Assembly (NCBI GenBank): GCA_002337525.1
Contig: DDGG01000031.1
Location: 18,923-82,922, forward strand
DNA length: 64,000 bases
Direction: 5' to 3'
Source: Alphaproteobacteria bacterium UBA1908
GTDB taxonomy: Bacteria; Pseudomonadota; Alphaproteobacteria; Caedimonadales; UBA1908
The notes under the pieces are model-generated. The model ran no database searches. It was not told the origin of the DNA and worked only from the letters and a program-made list of their open reading frames with translations. Both the position numbers and the translations under genes were made by a program. This document shows positions 28,950 to 37,963 of the stretch, piece after piece. Numbering within the stretch: position 1 is the first letter of the stretch; each line of letters opens with the position of its first letter.

Positions 28950-30278
28950 CTAACGCTCGGTCAGGGCATTTTGCCTTGCTCGTAGAATAGGTTTAAGAAT
29001 ATAGTCCAGAATTGTTTTCTTACCCGTAATAATATCAGCAGAGGCCGTCATACCAGGAATAATCGCCACTTCTTTTGACGATTTGCTCAGACGATTTCCA
29101 AGCGTTCTCAACCTGATCTTGAAATAGCTTATATTCGGATCTTTTTCATCCTGAATAGAGTCCGCACTAATTTGGACCAATTCTGCTTCAAGCCCCCCAT
29201 AAATTGCAAAATCATAAGCGGTTAGTTTAATAGAGGCAGGAAGCCCGGGACGCAAGAAAGCAATATCAGCCGGCAAAACCTTGGCTTCAATCAGTAGTGT
29301 ATCTTCCAAAGGCACAATCTCAACCAGATCTTCTCCTGGTTGGACAACACCGCCAATTGTTGCTACCAAAAGTTGCTTTACAATCCCCTTAACCGGAGAC
29401 TTCACTTCTGTCCGCGATAACCGATCGCCCTCAGTTTTGAAAGACTCCTGCGCCGCACCCAGTTTATTTTCAGCTTCTTGTAGAGCCTTGCTGTCTTGTT
29501 CCGCAAAATCAAGGGGAACCTGTTTCAGCTTATCTTTTGCCTGCTTCAAAGCAGAGCGAGCCCTTTCAATATTCACTTTAACAGAGCCCAGTTCACCACG
29601 AAGTTTCACCGCTTCACTTTTTAGACGCAAAAAATCAACGCGTGCTGTTAAACCTCGTTTCACCAGCGGTTCATTGATTTTGACTTCTTCCTCTGAAAGG
29701 GCAACCTGATCTTTCAACTGGCTTTTTCTATTCTCCAGCTCAAGAAGTTCCTGTTTTTTTTGTTCAACTTCCTGTTTTGCAATATTAAGCTGGTTATTGT
29801 ACTGCCCCATACGTGCCCGATAACGCGCCATTGCTCTTTCGGCAACAACCGGAGCCTTTTTGCTGACCTCTTCGGGAACAACATATGGGATTTGATTAAT
29901 TTGGGCCCGCAATCGACCAACCTCTGATAAATAACGGTAATAAAGGTTCTCTCCTTCCTGTAAACGGGCGCTTGCCTGGGTGTTATCAATCTTTAAAAGA
30001 ACCTGACCTTTTTCAACAATATCTCCTTCCCTGATATAAATATCTTGAACGATTCCTCCCTCCAGGTGATCTACACGTTGAATCTGGCTCGAAGGAATAA
30101 CCCGGCCTTCTGCCCGAGTAAGCTCATCTATTTCAGCATAATTCGCCCACAAAATAAAAATAACAATGAAAAGGCCTGTCGCATATAATAGGATAGGTGC
30201 AAATCTTTCTTCCTTTCGAAAGTTTGCCGCTGCAATTGGTTTCATGAAGTCAACATCATCAGGGTTTATCTTTGTCAT
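28950..30278 (-). CDS. Type I secretion membrane fusion protein (HlyD/LssD family)
   Basis: Start set at Met37 of the track ORF (30278), 4 nt after the ABC gene stop. N-terminal TM, long coiled-coil region, and C-terminal AIIPGMTASADIITGKKTILDYILKPI typical of T1SS HlyD proteins. Confidence 0.9.
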   Translation of the reverse strand: MTKINPDDVDFMKPIAAANFRKEERFAPILLYATGLFIVIFILWANYAEIDELTRAEGRVIPSSQIQRVDHLEGGIVQDIYIREGDIVEKGQVLLKIDNTQASARLQEGENLYYRYLSEVGRLRAQINQIPYVVPEEVSKKAPVVAERAMARYRARMGQYNNQLNIAKQEVEQKKQELLELENRKSQLKDQVALSEEEVKINEPLVKRGLTARVDFLRLKSEAVKLRGELGSVKVNIERARSALKQAKDKLKQVPLDFAEQDSKALQEAENKLGAAQESFKTEGDRLSRTEVKSPVKGIVKQLLVATIGGVVQPGEDLVEIVPLEDTLLIEAKVLPADIAFLRPGLPASIKLTAYDFAIYGGLEAELVQISADSIQDEKDPNISYFKIRLRTLGNRLSKSSKEVAIIPGMTASADIITGKKTILDYILKPILRARQNALTER

Positions 30279-30282
30279 TTTC

Positions 30283-32553
30283 TTATGCCCCTCGAATTTG
30301 CGATTTACTAAGAGCCTTGATGACCTCGTCACGAGGTCCATCGGCAACAACACGACCGCTGTCAACAATAACAAGTCGATCAACAAGGCGCACTAAAGGC
30401 ATACGATGCGTCACCAGCAAAAGAGTCTTATCTTTGATATGGGATTTCAGGCGATTCAAAAGACGTGCTTCGGAAGCATGGTCCATCATCGCTGTAGGCT
30501 CATCCATCATGTAAATGGCCGGATCCCTGACTAAGGCACGAGCAACGGCAACAGCCTGCCTCTGTCCTCCGGAAAGATTGCTGCCTCCTTCTCCAACCTG
30601 CATATCAAAGCCCTGGGGATGCGCTCGAACAAAATCTAAAACACCTGCAAGTTCAGCAGCCTTAAAAAGAGCCGCATCATCAGCATCCCTAACACCCAAC
30701 AGAATATTATCTTTCACACTGCCATAAAAAAGGTATATATCCTGGGGGACATGACCCATATTTGACCTTAAATCCGCAGGATCAATTTGGCGAATATCGG
30801 TTCCATCAATCTTAACCGAGCCGGACTGAGGTTCGTAAAGGTTCAGAATTAATTTTTCGAAAGTCGACTTACCAGATCCTATACGACCCAAAAAACCAAT
30901 TTTTTCACCCGCCTCAATTTTCAAAGAGAAGTCCTTGAGAGCATTTGTCTTTTGACCTGGGTATGAAAAAGTGACGTCCTCAAACTCTATATTTCCTTTT
31001 AAGACAGGACGATGGAGAAAGCGTTTCCCATAAGGCCTCTCAACAGGAAGCGCCAAAACCTGATCAAGGGCTTCCAGTGCCGTTTGTGACTGATTGAAAC
31101 GTGTTAGAAGACTGACAACTTGACCAAGAGGGGCCATGCTGCGTGCTGATAAAATGGAGCAGGCAATAAGCCCCCCCATCGTTAACTCACCCTGACCAAT
31201 CAAAAAAACACCCGCAATAATAACGCTAACGTAACCAAGTTGTTGAACAAATCCAGACCAGTTCATGGCAAGAGTCGCAAAAAAACGTAAGAATTTTGAG
31301 GAGTCAGCTGACTGTGCAACAAACCCTTCCCAATCTTTTTGTGTTTCTCCCTCTGCCCCAAAGGACTTGATTGTTTCCAGACCATTAATAGTCTCAACCA
31401 AAAGAGCGTGCTTTTGCGCGGCTTCTCTAAAAGAACGACGTACCCAGGCACTAAGAGGAATATGAATCAGCAGGGAACCTGCAATAATAATAGGAATTGC
31501 AAAAAGAGGGACATACGCCAACGGCCCCCCAATCAGGTAAATAACGCCAATGAAGAGGATAATGAAGGGAAGATCGATAAGTGCCACAAGACTTGCGGAT
31601 GAGAAAAATTCCCGCAAAGTCTCAAACTCGCGCAATTGATTTGCAAAACTCCCGGAAGAAACAGGTCGCGCGCCCAGTTGAATTCCCATAACATGTTCTA
31701 AGAGGCGGCTCGCCAAAATAATATCAGCATTTTTTCCTGCCGAATCCACAAAGTAAACACGCAAATTCTTAAGAATAAAGTCAAAGAGAAAAACGATACC
31801 AATTCCGATCGACAAAACAATCAAAGTATCAATAGCCCTATCCCCATTAGGAACCACACGGTCATAAACATTCATAGTAAATAAGGGACTCGCGATCGCA
31901 AACAGGTTCACCAAAACAGCAGCAAAGGCTACCTTGCTGTATACTGGCCAGAATTTCCATATAACACTCCAAAACCAGGACTTGGGCTTTTCTGTATCCA
32001 AATCAGCAGAACGATTATCATAACGATAAAGAGGCCTGGCAAATAAAGCATAACCACTATAGATAAGGTCCAGATCTTCCAAAGACAGGGTCGTCATACC
32101 TCGACCTGTTTCTGGCAGAATAATTTTGGCCTCTCCCTTGTCAGAAACCTCAACCAGGAGGCATGCTTTATCACCATCAAGGAGTAAAACACAGGGCAAG
32201 GTATATTTTGAAATATCCGATAATTTCTTATGGACAAGCCGCGCCGAAAGACCCGCTTTTGAAGCGGCCCGTATAAAATGTTCGGGTGATATTTTTTCTG
32301 TTTTTAAAGGAAGGCCTGCTCGAAAAGCAGCCGCTGACATTGGACGTTCAAGAAGTGAGCTTAATATTTCCAGACATGTAAGAAGTGAATCGCTTGATTC
32401 TGCACTTGACTTATCCCAACGAACCCTTTTCCTTTGGGGTGATTTTTCAGCCTTTGCTGTTTCTTTTGGTTTGTCCGGCACCTCTTCTTGAGACATATAT
32501 ACAACACCTTCTTTGCTATTAATGTTTTCTTCTGTCACCTGCTCTCTAGACAA
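30283..32553 (-). CDS. Type I secretion system permease/ATPase (LssB-like, N-terminal C39-like domain)
   Basis: 756 aa. N-domain SLLTCLEILSSLLERPMSAAAFRAGLPL...LSARLVHKKLSDI..LPCVLLLDGDKACLL, 6-TM domain, Walker A GRIGSGKST, signature LSGGQRQAVAVARAL, Walker B IYMMDEPT. A Lys/Glu-rich leader of about 60 aa makes the start ambiguous (32553 or Met20 at 32496). Confidence 0.9.
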   Translation of the reverse strand: MSREQVTEENINSKEGVVYMSQEEVPDKPKETAKAEKSPQRKRVRWDKSSAESSDSLLTCLEILSSLLERPMSAAAFRAGLPLKTEKISPEHFIRAASKAGLSARLVHKKLSDISKYTLPCVLLLDGDKACLLVEVSDKGEAKIILPETGRGMTTLSLEDLDLIYSGYALFARPLYRYDNRSADLDTEKPKSWFWSVIWKFWPVYSKVAFAAVLVNLFAIASPLFTMNVYDRVVPNGDRAIDTLIVLSIGIGIVFLFDFILKNLRVYFVDSAGKNADIILASRLLEHVMGIQLGARPVSSGSFANQLREFETLREFFSSASLVALIDLPFIILFIGVIYLIGGPLAYVPLFAIPIIIAGSLLIHIPLSAWVRRSFREAAQKHALLVETINGLETIKSFGAEGETQKDWEGFVAQSADSSKFLRFFATLAMNWSGFVQQLGYVSVIIAGVFLIGQGELTMGGLIACSILSARSMAPLGQVVSLLTRFNQSQTALEALDQVLALPVERPYGKRFLHRPVLKGNIEFEDVTFSYPGQKTNALKDFSLKIEAGEKIGFLGRIGSGKSTFEKLILNLYEPQSGSVKIDGTDIRQIDPADLRSNMGHVPQDIYLFYGSVKDNILLGVRDADDAALFKAAELAGVLDFVRAHPQGFDMQVGEGGSNLSGGQRQAVAVARALVRDPAIYMMDEPTAMMDHASEARLLNRLKSHIKDKTLLLVTHRMPLVRLVDRLVIVDSGRVVADGPRDEVIKALSKSQIRGA

Positions 32554-32581
32554 GTTAGGCTCAAGAAGCTACTTTCACAAT

Positions 32582-32597
32582 AATAAACTTTAGTTTA
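32582..32597. promoter_or_regulatory. Perfect palindrome ATAAACT-TT-AGTTTAT in the divergent T1SS ABC / tolC promoter region
   Basis: Read directly from the 96-bp divergent intergenic region. 7-bp arms, 2-nt spacer. Candidate operator. Confidence 0.25.
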
Positions 32598-32649
32598 TGA
32601 TAAATAAAAGTTAATTTTTTCAAAAAAGTATGTAGGGAGAAAATTAAGG

Positions 32650-33987
32650 ATGCCAACGAAAATCCGCATTTTCACAATGACAACACTTGCAACTATGGGC
32701 TTTATCGTCAGCTCCTTCACCAGTTGCTTTTCTGATCAGACCGTTAAGAAACTACCCGAAGCTGTTGTTAAAGCCGTCTCCGACAATCCCGGTATTCTTG
32801 CGAATAAAGCCGCCCAGGAGGCCACTGAACATCGCATAGATTTTGCAAAAGGGGGATACTACCCTACACTTGATCTACAGTTTGGAGGAGGTCATGAATA
32901 CACAAGGCAAAAATATCGTGAAAACAGCTTAAACAGCTCAAAAGTCAGTGGGGCCGTTGCCACCGATCGTTATGATCCGGCAATACGTGTTCGCCAGATG
33001 GTCTTTGACGGTTTTGAAACGCCGCATCAAGTTGAAAAAGCAGAAAATGAACGCCTTCAGGCTGAGCGAAAAACGTTAGAAACAGAAGAGTTAACTGCGT
33101 TTTCAGCCTGTGAGCAATATATTGCTGTTCGACGTTTTGGGCGTTTGTTACGCTTGGCAGAAGATAACGTAAGCGTTCACAAAAATATTCTTTCTAAGGT
33201 TCAAGCTCTCATTTCAGCAGGAAAAGCAACAGTCGCAGACCGTCACAATGTTGAATCTCGCCTGCATGATGCTGAAGCCGCAGTCCAAGATATTCAAGGA
33301 GATTTGGACTCGGCCGTCGCTCAATTCATTGATGTCGTTGGCAGTAAACCTGGACGCCTCGTCAACGCAGAGATTTCGAAAGAGCACATCCCTGCAACAA
33401 TTAATGAGGCTCTTGAAGTTGCACGAAAAAACAACCACTCTTTAGTTTTAGCGGAAGCCTCTATTGACGTTGCAAAATCGGATATTGATGTGGTTCGATC
33501 GGCTTACTATCCTCGCCTGGATATAGAGCTTGATGCAACCCGTCGCCATAATGTCGGCGCCAAGTCAGGCTTTGAAAACAACCTTACGGCTCTTGCCGTT
33601 GTGCGTTTCAACGTTTTCAATGGCGGTAAAGATAGCGCTCGTGTTCGTGAGTTGCGCGCCAAAATGACAGAAGCCAAATACCTGATGAAAAATCAAAAAA
33701 GAACAGCAGAGCGCGAAGTTCGCGTTTCCTGGAGTGAAATGAGAAGCGCTCTTGGACAGGCAAAAGTCCTTCGCCAGGCTGTTGAAGCCAAAAAAAGCGT
33801 AAGAGATACATATCTGGAGCAATTCCGCCTTGGGCAACGCAGTTTTCTTGACATCCTTGATGCGAGTCACGAATTCTTCCTCGCCAAGGGATCTTTGATC
33901 ACCGCTGATGCAACTTATGATTTGGCAAATGCACGCCTTCTCGCGTCAACAGGCCTTTTGAAAAAAACTATTTTAGACCTGATATAA
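32650..33987 (+). CDS. tolC: TolC-family outer membrane channel (type I secretion)
   Basis: 445 aa. Signal peptide and two tandem OEP repeats (YYPTLDLQFGG.. and YYPRLDIELDA..). Divergent from the T1SS ABC/MFP operon. Confidence 0.85.
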   Translation: MPTKIRIFTMTTLATMGFIVSSFTSCFSDQTVKKLPEAVVKAVSDNPGILANKAAQEATEHRIDFAKGGYYPTLDLQFGGGHEYTRQKYRENSLNSSKVSGAVATDRYDPAIRVRQMVFDGFETPHQVEKAENERLQAERKTLETEELTAFSACEQYIAVRRFGRLLRLAEDNVSVHKNILSKVQALISAGKATVADRHNVESRLHDAEAAVQDIQGDLDSAVAQFIDVVGSKPGRLVNAEISKEHIPATINEALEVARKNNHSLVLAEASIDVAKSDIDVVRSAYYPRLDIELDATRRHNVGAKSGFENNLTALAVVRFNVFNGGKDSARVRELRAKMTEAKYLMKNQKRTAEREVRVSWSEMRSALGQAKVLRQAVEAKKSVRDTYLEQFRLGQRSFLDILDASHEFFLAKGSLITADATYDLANARLLASTGLLKKTILDLI

Positions 33988-34012
33988 GGCAATCTTCTCA
34001 AAAGATTTTAAG

Positions 34013-34043
34013 GGGGATGGTTCTCTGGAATCATCCCCTTTTT
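34013..34043 (+). terminator. Rho-independent terminator after tolC
   Basis: GGGGATG-gttctctggaat-CATCCCC followed by TTTTT. Confidence 0.65.
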
Positions 34044-34116
34044 ATGATATATCTCCCTAATTTTCTCAGAAGGGAAGAAAATTCCCGGCCCAAATATTTT
34101 GAGCACACAAAATATA

Positions 34117-34893
34117 TTAATTTTTAAAAAAACCAATCGAATCAAAAACAGCTTCCGCGAAAACCTGTATTATTTTAGGAAGTGTTAAAAAGAAAATACC
34201 CAGTCCAAGAAGAATTTGCAAAGGCTGCGTCACAAAAAAGATTTGAATCTGTGGAATAAGGCGGTTAACAATACCCGCGGCAGCAAAGAGAAAAAGTCCC
34301 GTCACTATGATGGGCGAGGCAAGCTGCAGCCCTAACTGGAAGCTTACACTGATAATACCAAGACCCAATTCAAGAATATCCCCTGTGAGCGGTAAAAGAG
34401 CCTTTGTATCAGCAGGTTTAAAACTTTCATAGCTTTCAATAAAAGATCGTATCACCGCATGATGCAAATCGAGACCCAAAACAAAGACTGTTGCCACAAG
34501 AGTCAGAAAAACACCGGGAAGAGCACTTTGCTGGGCACTGGCAGGACTTGATGCAAAAGCGTTAGCAATCCCGATTTGGTATCCCATAAGAGACCCGGCA
34601 ACATCCAGCGCCGTAAAAATAATTTTAAGAGATAAAGCAGCCAGATATCCAATAAAGACTTCTGTGAAGATAAGCGTCAAAAAAATAAAACTATGGGATG
34701 GCCAGGCAGGCATATGAACACTTAATAAAGGTGTAAAAACCAAGGCCGTTGAAAGAACAAAAAGAATCTTGATTCGAAAGGGGACAGAAAGTTCAGAAAA
34801 ACCAGGCATAAAAAAGAAAAGCCCTCCCAAACGCGCTGCGATCAGAAAAAAACCAATCAAATCGCCGAGAAGAATCGTTTTAACTGTTTCCAC
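34117..34893 (-). CDS. fliR: Flagellar/T3SS export gate protein FliR
   Basis: 258 aa polytopic protein immediately downstream of fliQ. ARLGGLFFFMPGF and the overall hydropathy pattern fit FliR/SctT. Confidence 0.8.
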   Translation of the reverse strand: METVKTILLGDLIGFFLIAARLGGLFFFMPGFSELSVPFRIKILFVLSTALVFTPLLSVHMPAWPSHSFIFLTLIFTEVFIGYLAALSLKIIFTALDVAGSLMGYQIGIANAFASSPASAQQSALPGVFLTLVATVFVLGLDLHHAVIRSFIESYESFKPADTKALLPLTGDILELGLGIISVSFQLGLQLASPIIVTGLFLFAAAGIVNRLIPQIQIFFVTQPLQILLGLGIFFLTLPKIIQVFAEAVFDSIGFFKN

Positions 34894-34896
34894 GGT

Positions 34897-35163
34897 CTAA
34901 CCAAGACCAATGATACGATTAAAAATTTCTTGAGAAAAAGCCCCAAGAGTGCGGCCAAAAAAAGGCATAAGAAGAATCATCCCTCCAAATGTCACAAGAA
35001 TTTTGGGAATGAAAGAAAGAGTCATTTCCTGAATTTGAGTCAATGCCTGGAAAAAAGAAATAGCAAGTCCCGTTAAAAGCGCAGCAAACATAAGAGGCGT
35101 CCCCACCTTTAAAAGAACAAAAATAGCATCTTGCCCTACATCAAGGACATCTGTTGGTGACAT
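34897..35163 (-). CDS. fliQ: Flagellar/T3SS export gate protein FliQ
   Basis: 88 aa from Met5 of the track ORF (GGGAGG RBS, 5-nt spacer). ALTQIQEMTLSFIPKILV matches the FliQ core (ATQINEMTLSFIPKI). Confidence 0.85.
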   Translation of the reverse strand: MSPTDVLDVGQDAIFVLLKVGTPLMFAALLTGLAISFFQALTQIQEMTLSFIPKILVTFGGMILLMPFFGRTLGAFSQEIFNRIIGLG

Positions 35164-35339
35164 AAAGCCTCCCAAAATTAGTTATTTTCATAGGGATTAT
35201 AACGGAATACGGCCTTTTTCAAAAGAAAATCCAAAATTAATGTAAAGATTTAGGTTCACAAAGCTTGAATTCAAGGTTGTTTTCGGTTTATAAGTCAAAA
35301 CATCTTTTTGTTCTAATCTATGTTGAAAGAGTTTGACCT

Positions 35340-35918
35340 ATGTTTGCAGTAGTCAAAACTGGCGGTAAGCAGTATAAAGTTTCCCCGGGAGACGTCCTTC
35401 TCGTCGAAAAGCTTCAGGGAGAAGCTGGCGAAAATGTAACGCTTTCTGATGTTCTTATGGTTTCTGATGATAAAGGTGCCACAGTTGGAGCCCCTTCCGT
35501 TGAAAAGGCAGAAGTGAAAGCAACAATTCGCGAGCAAGCCCGTGGTGATAAAATCATCGTTTTCAAGAAAAAACGTCGACAAGGATACCGTCGTACAGCT
35601 GGCCATCGTCAAGACTTAACAGTCCTGACAATTGACGAAATCATGTTAGGTGGAAAATCTGTTGCCAAGTCAACAACAAAAGCACCGGCGAAAAAAGAGA
35701 CTGCCTCCAAGCCTTTGGCAAAAGCGGCAAAAACAGAAAAAGAATCCTCAAAATCTTCTGCTGTAGCCGAGAAAAAAGCGCCTGTTAAAAAAGCAACACC
35801 AACGAAAAAAGCAGCCACAACATCTGCTGAAGCTGCCCCCAAGAAAGCAGCCCCTAAAAAAGCAGCACCGAAGAAAACAGCGTCGCCTTCTAAAAAGAAG
35901 ACGGATTCAAAAGAATAG
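35340..35918 (+). CDS. rplU: 50S ribosomal protein L21 with Lys/Ala/Pro-rich C-terminal extension of about 90 aa
   Basis: [25 protein letters not shown]...[17 protein letters not shown] is canonical L21. Residues from about 104 onward are KAPAKK/KKAAPKK-type low complexity. Confidence 0.95.
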   Translation: MFAVVKTGGKQYKVSPGDVLLVEKLQGEAGENVTLSDVLMVSDDKGATVGAPSVEKAEVKATIREQARGDKIIVFKKKRRQGYRRTAGHRQDLTVLTIDEIMLGGKSVAKSTTKAPAKKETASKPLAKAAKTEKESSKSSAVAEKKAPVKKATPTKKAATTSAEAAPKKAAPKKAAPKKTASPSKKKTDSKE

Positions 35919-35941
35919 TAGAAACTTAAAGGAGTTTAGAG

Positions 35942-36196
35942 ATGGCTCAAAAGAAAGCAGCTGGTAGTTCCAAAAACGGTCGCGATAGTGCCGGCCGGCG
36001 ACTGGGCGTCAAAAAATTTGGTGGTGAAGCCGTTATTCCTGGAAATATCATCATTCGTCAGCGTGGAACAAAATATCGACCTGGTCAAAATGTAGGTCTT
36101 GGAAAAGATCATACTATTTTTTCTTTGATCGAAGGTGCCGTGAAATTCTCAAAAGGTCGCGATAACAGAACTTATGTTTCTGTTGAATCTGCCTAA
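35942..36196 (+). CDS. rpmA: 50S ribosomal protein L27
   Basis: [42 protein letters not shown] is canonical L27. Confidence 0.95.
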   Translation: MAQKKAAGSSKNGRDSAGRRLGVKKFGGEAVIPGNIIIRQRGTKYRPGQNVGLGKDHTIFSLIEGAVKFSKGRDNRTYVSVESA

Positions 36197-36760
36197 ACCA
36201 AAAGAAATTTTCAACAGGGCCCCAAAAGCCTTTTTTGAAAAGTCATATTTTAGTTTATACAAGTTTTAGACACCCTGTTTCAGGGAGGACGCAACGCGGC
36301 CTCCTTTTCCCATTTTAGAAACCATAACTTCAATGGTCGATAAAACATTTTTTTCTTATGGTTTTGGAGCATTTTGACATCATTTGCAGAACCAGGCATT
36401 CGGTCAATAAAAACTCTTAAAAGATTTTTATTGCATTCCTTAATAAAGTGACTCTTATACCTAAATTGCCTTGAGAATAAATAGAATACGAGCATTTAAC
36501 ATAAAAACAGGCCTCTTTATCTGGTTGATGTAGATTATGAATACGGCTTATAAATAACATGAAACGATAGATGCCAGAATAAAAGTTGATATCAGAAGCC
36601 TTATTGTAACCTTGGTAGGTTCAAATAATGAAAACTGATTTTATGAAAAAATATTCTTGAGGTCAGAGCGACTTCGCTCTTTGTAAAGCAATTTTGCTGT
36701 CGTTAATGTTGGAAATGTGTCCCCCAAGCGAAAGACACTCAAAAAAAGAGACTGATTAAT

Positions 36761-37813
36761 ATGAGATTTTTAGACGAAGCAAAGATTTTTCTTAAAAGCG
36801 GTGATGGAGGGCCCGGCTGCATTAGTTTTCGCCGTGAGAAATTTGTTGAGTTTGGAGGACCCGATGGAGGAGATGGTGGTCGAGGAGGCGATATTCTTAT
36901 AGAAGTTGTCGATGAGAACACACTAATAGATTATCGTTATCAACAACACTTCAAGGCAGGCAGAGGTCATCATGGCATGGGCCGTAATAAAACAGGCTCA
37001 TCTGGCAAATCGCTTACATTAAAAGTCCCTGTAGGAACTCAAATACTTTATGACGATCGCAAAACTGTCATGCTTGATTTAACACAGGTTGGAGAAACTC
37101 ATATTCTTTTAAAAGGCGGACAGGGAGGACGCGGTAACGTCCATTTTAAATCATCAACAAACCAGGCCCCCCGGCGAGCAGATACAGGTATGCCAGGAGA
37201 AGAAATGTGGGTATGGTTGCGATTAAAGCTGATTGCAGATGCAGGTCTTGTAGGTCTCCCAAACGCTGGGAAATCAACTTTTCTATCAGCCAGCACACGT
37301 GCAAAACCCAAAATTGCAGATTACCCTTTTACAACACTGATTCCTCAACTGGGCGTTGTCTATGTCGATAATAAAGAATTTGTTCTGGCCGATATTCCAG
37401 GACTCATTGCAGGAGCCCATGAAGGCGTAGGTTTGGGACATCGTTTTTTGGGTCATGTTGAACGTTGCAATGTTCTTTTTCACTTGATTGACGGGACACA
37501 AGAAAATGTTGTGGAAGCTTATGAAACAATCCGTCATGAGCTGGAAGCCTACGATACAACACTTGCTCAAAAACCGGAAGTCATTGGGCTTAATAAGTGT
37601 GATGCTCTTTCCCGGAAAGAAGCCCATGAAAAGGTTTCTGCTCTTGAAAAAATTGTAAAGCAACCCATTTTTTTGCTTTCTGGCGTCACAGGGGAAGGTG
37701 TCACAGAGGTCCTTCGCGCCTTGCATGTTCCTATTCAAAACGCTCGAAACCCCTCTGCTTCTGAAAGGAAAGACGAAAATACAGGTTGGTCAGAGCCCTG
37801 GAATGGTCCCTAA
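36761..37813 (+). CDS. obg: GTPase Obg/CgtA
   Basis: [46 protein letters not shown]1 GLPNAGKST and G3 DIPGLI. Lies in rplU-rpmA-obg synteny. Confidence 0.95.
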   Translation: MRFLDEAKIFLKSGDGGPGCISFRREKFVEFGGPDGGDGGRGGDILIEVVDENTLIDYRYQQHFKAGRGHHGMGRNKTGSSGKSLTLKVPVGTQILYDDRKTVMLDLTQVGETHILLKGGQGGRGNVHFKSSTNQAPRRADTGMPGEEMWVWLRLKLIADAGLVGLPNAGKSTFLSASTRAKPKIADYPFTTLIPQLGVVYVDNKEFVLADIPGLIAGAHEGVGLGHRFLGHVERCNVLFHLIDGTQENVVEAYETIRHELEAYDTTLAQKPEVIGLNKCDALSRKEAHEKVSALEKIVKQPIFLLSGVTGEGVTEVLRALHVPIQNARNPSASERKDENTGWSEPWNGP

Positions 37814-37963
37814 TGATTGGTATAAAAGTTCTTCAAAGAAAAATCTCCTGTTCCAGGAAAACAAAATCCCTTGAAACTCTTATAAAGACTTAACCCGTCT
37901 CTCCATCTTTTTCAGCGGGAAAAATATTGCACAAAAAGCCAAAGTGTATTATGGTCAGGTTCC

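Noticed and set aside
29281-32491. Plus-strand ORFs inside the T1SS genes (29281-29709, 30166-30514, 30515-30727, 31265-31602, 32126-32491)
   Set aside because: They are antisense to the strongly supported HlyD and ABC frames. Composition is Ser/Arg/Thr-rich, with no start context.
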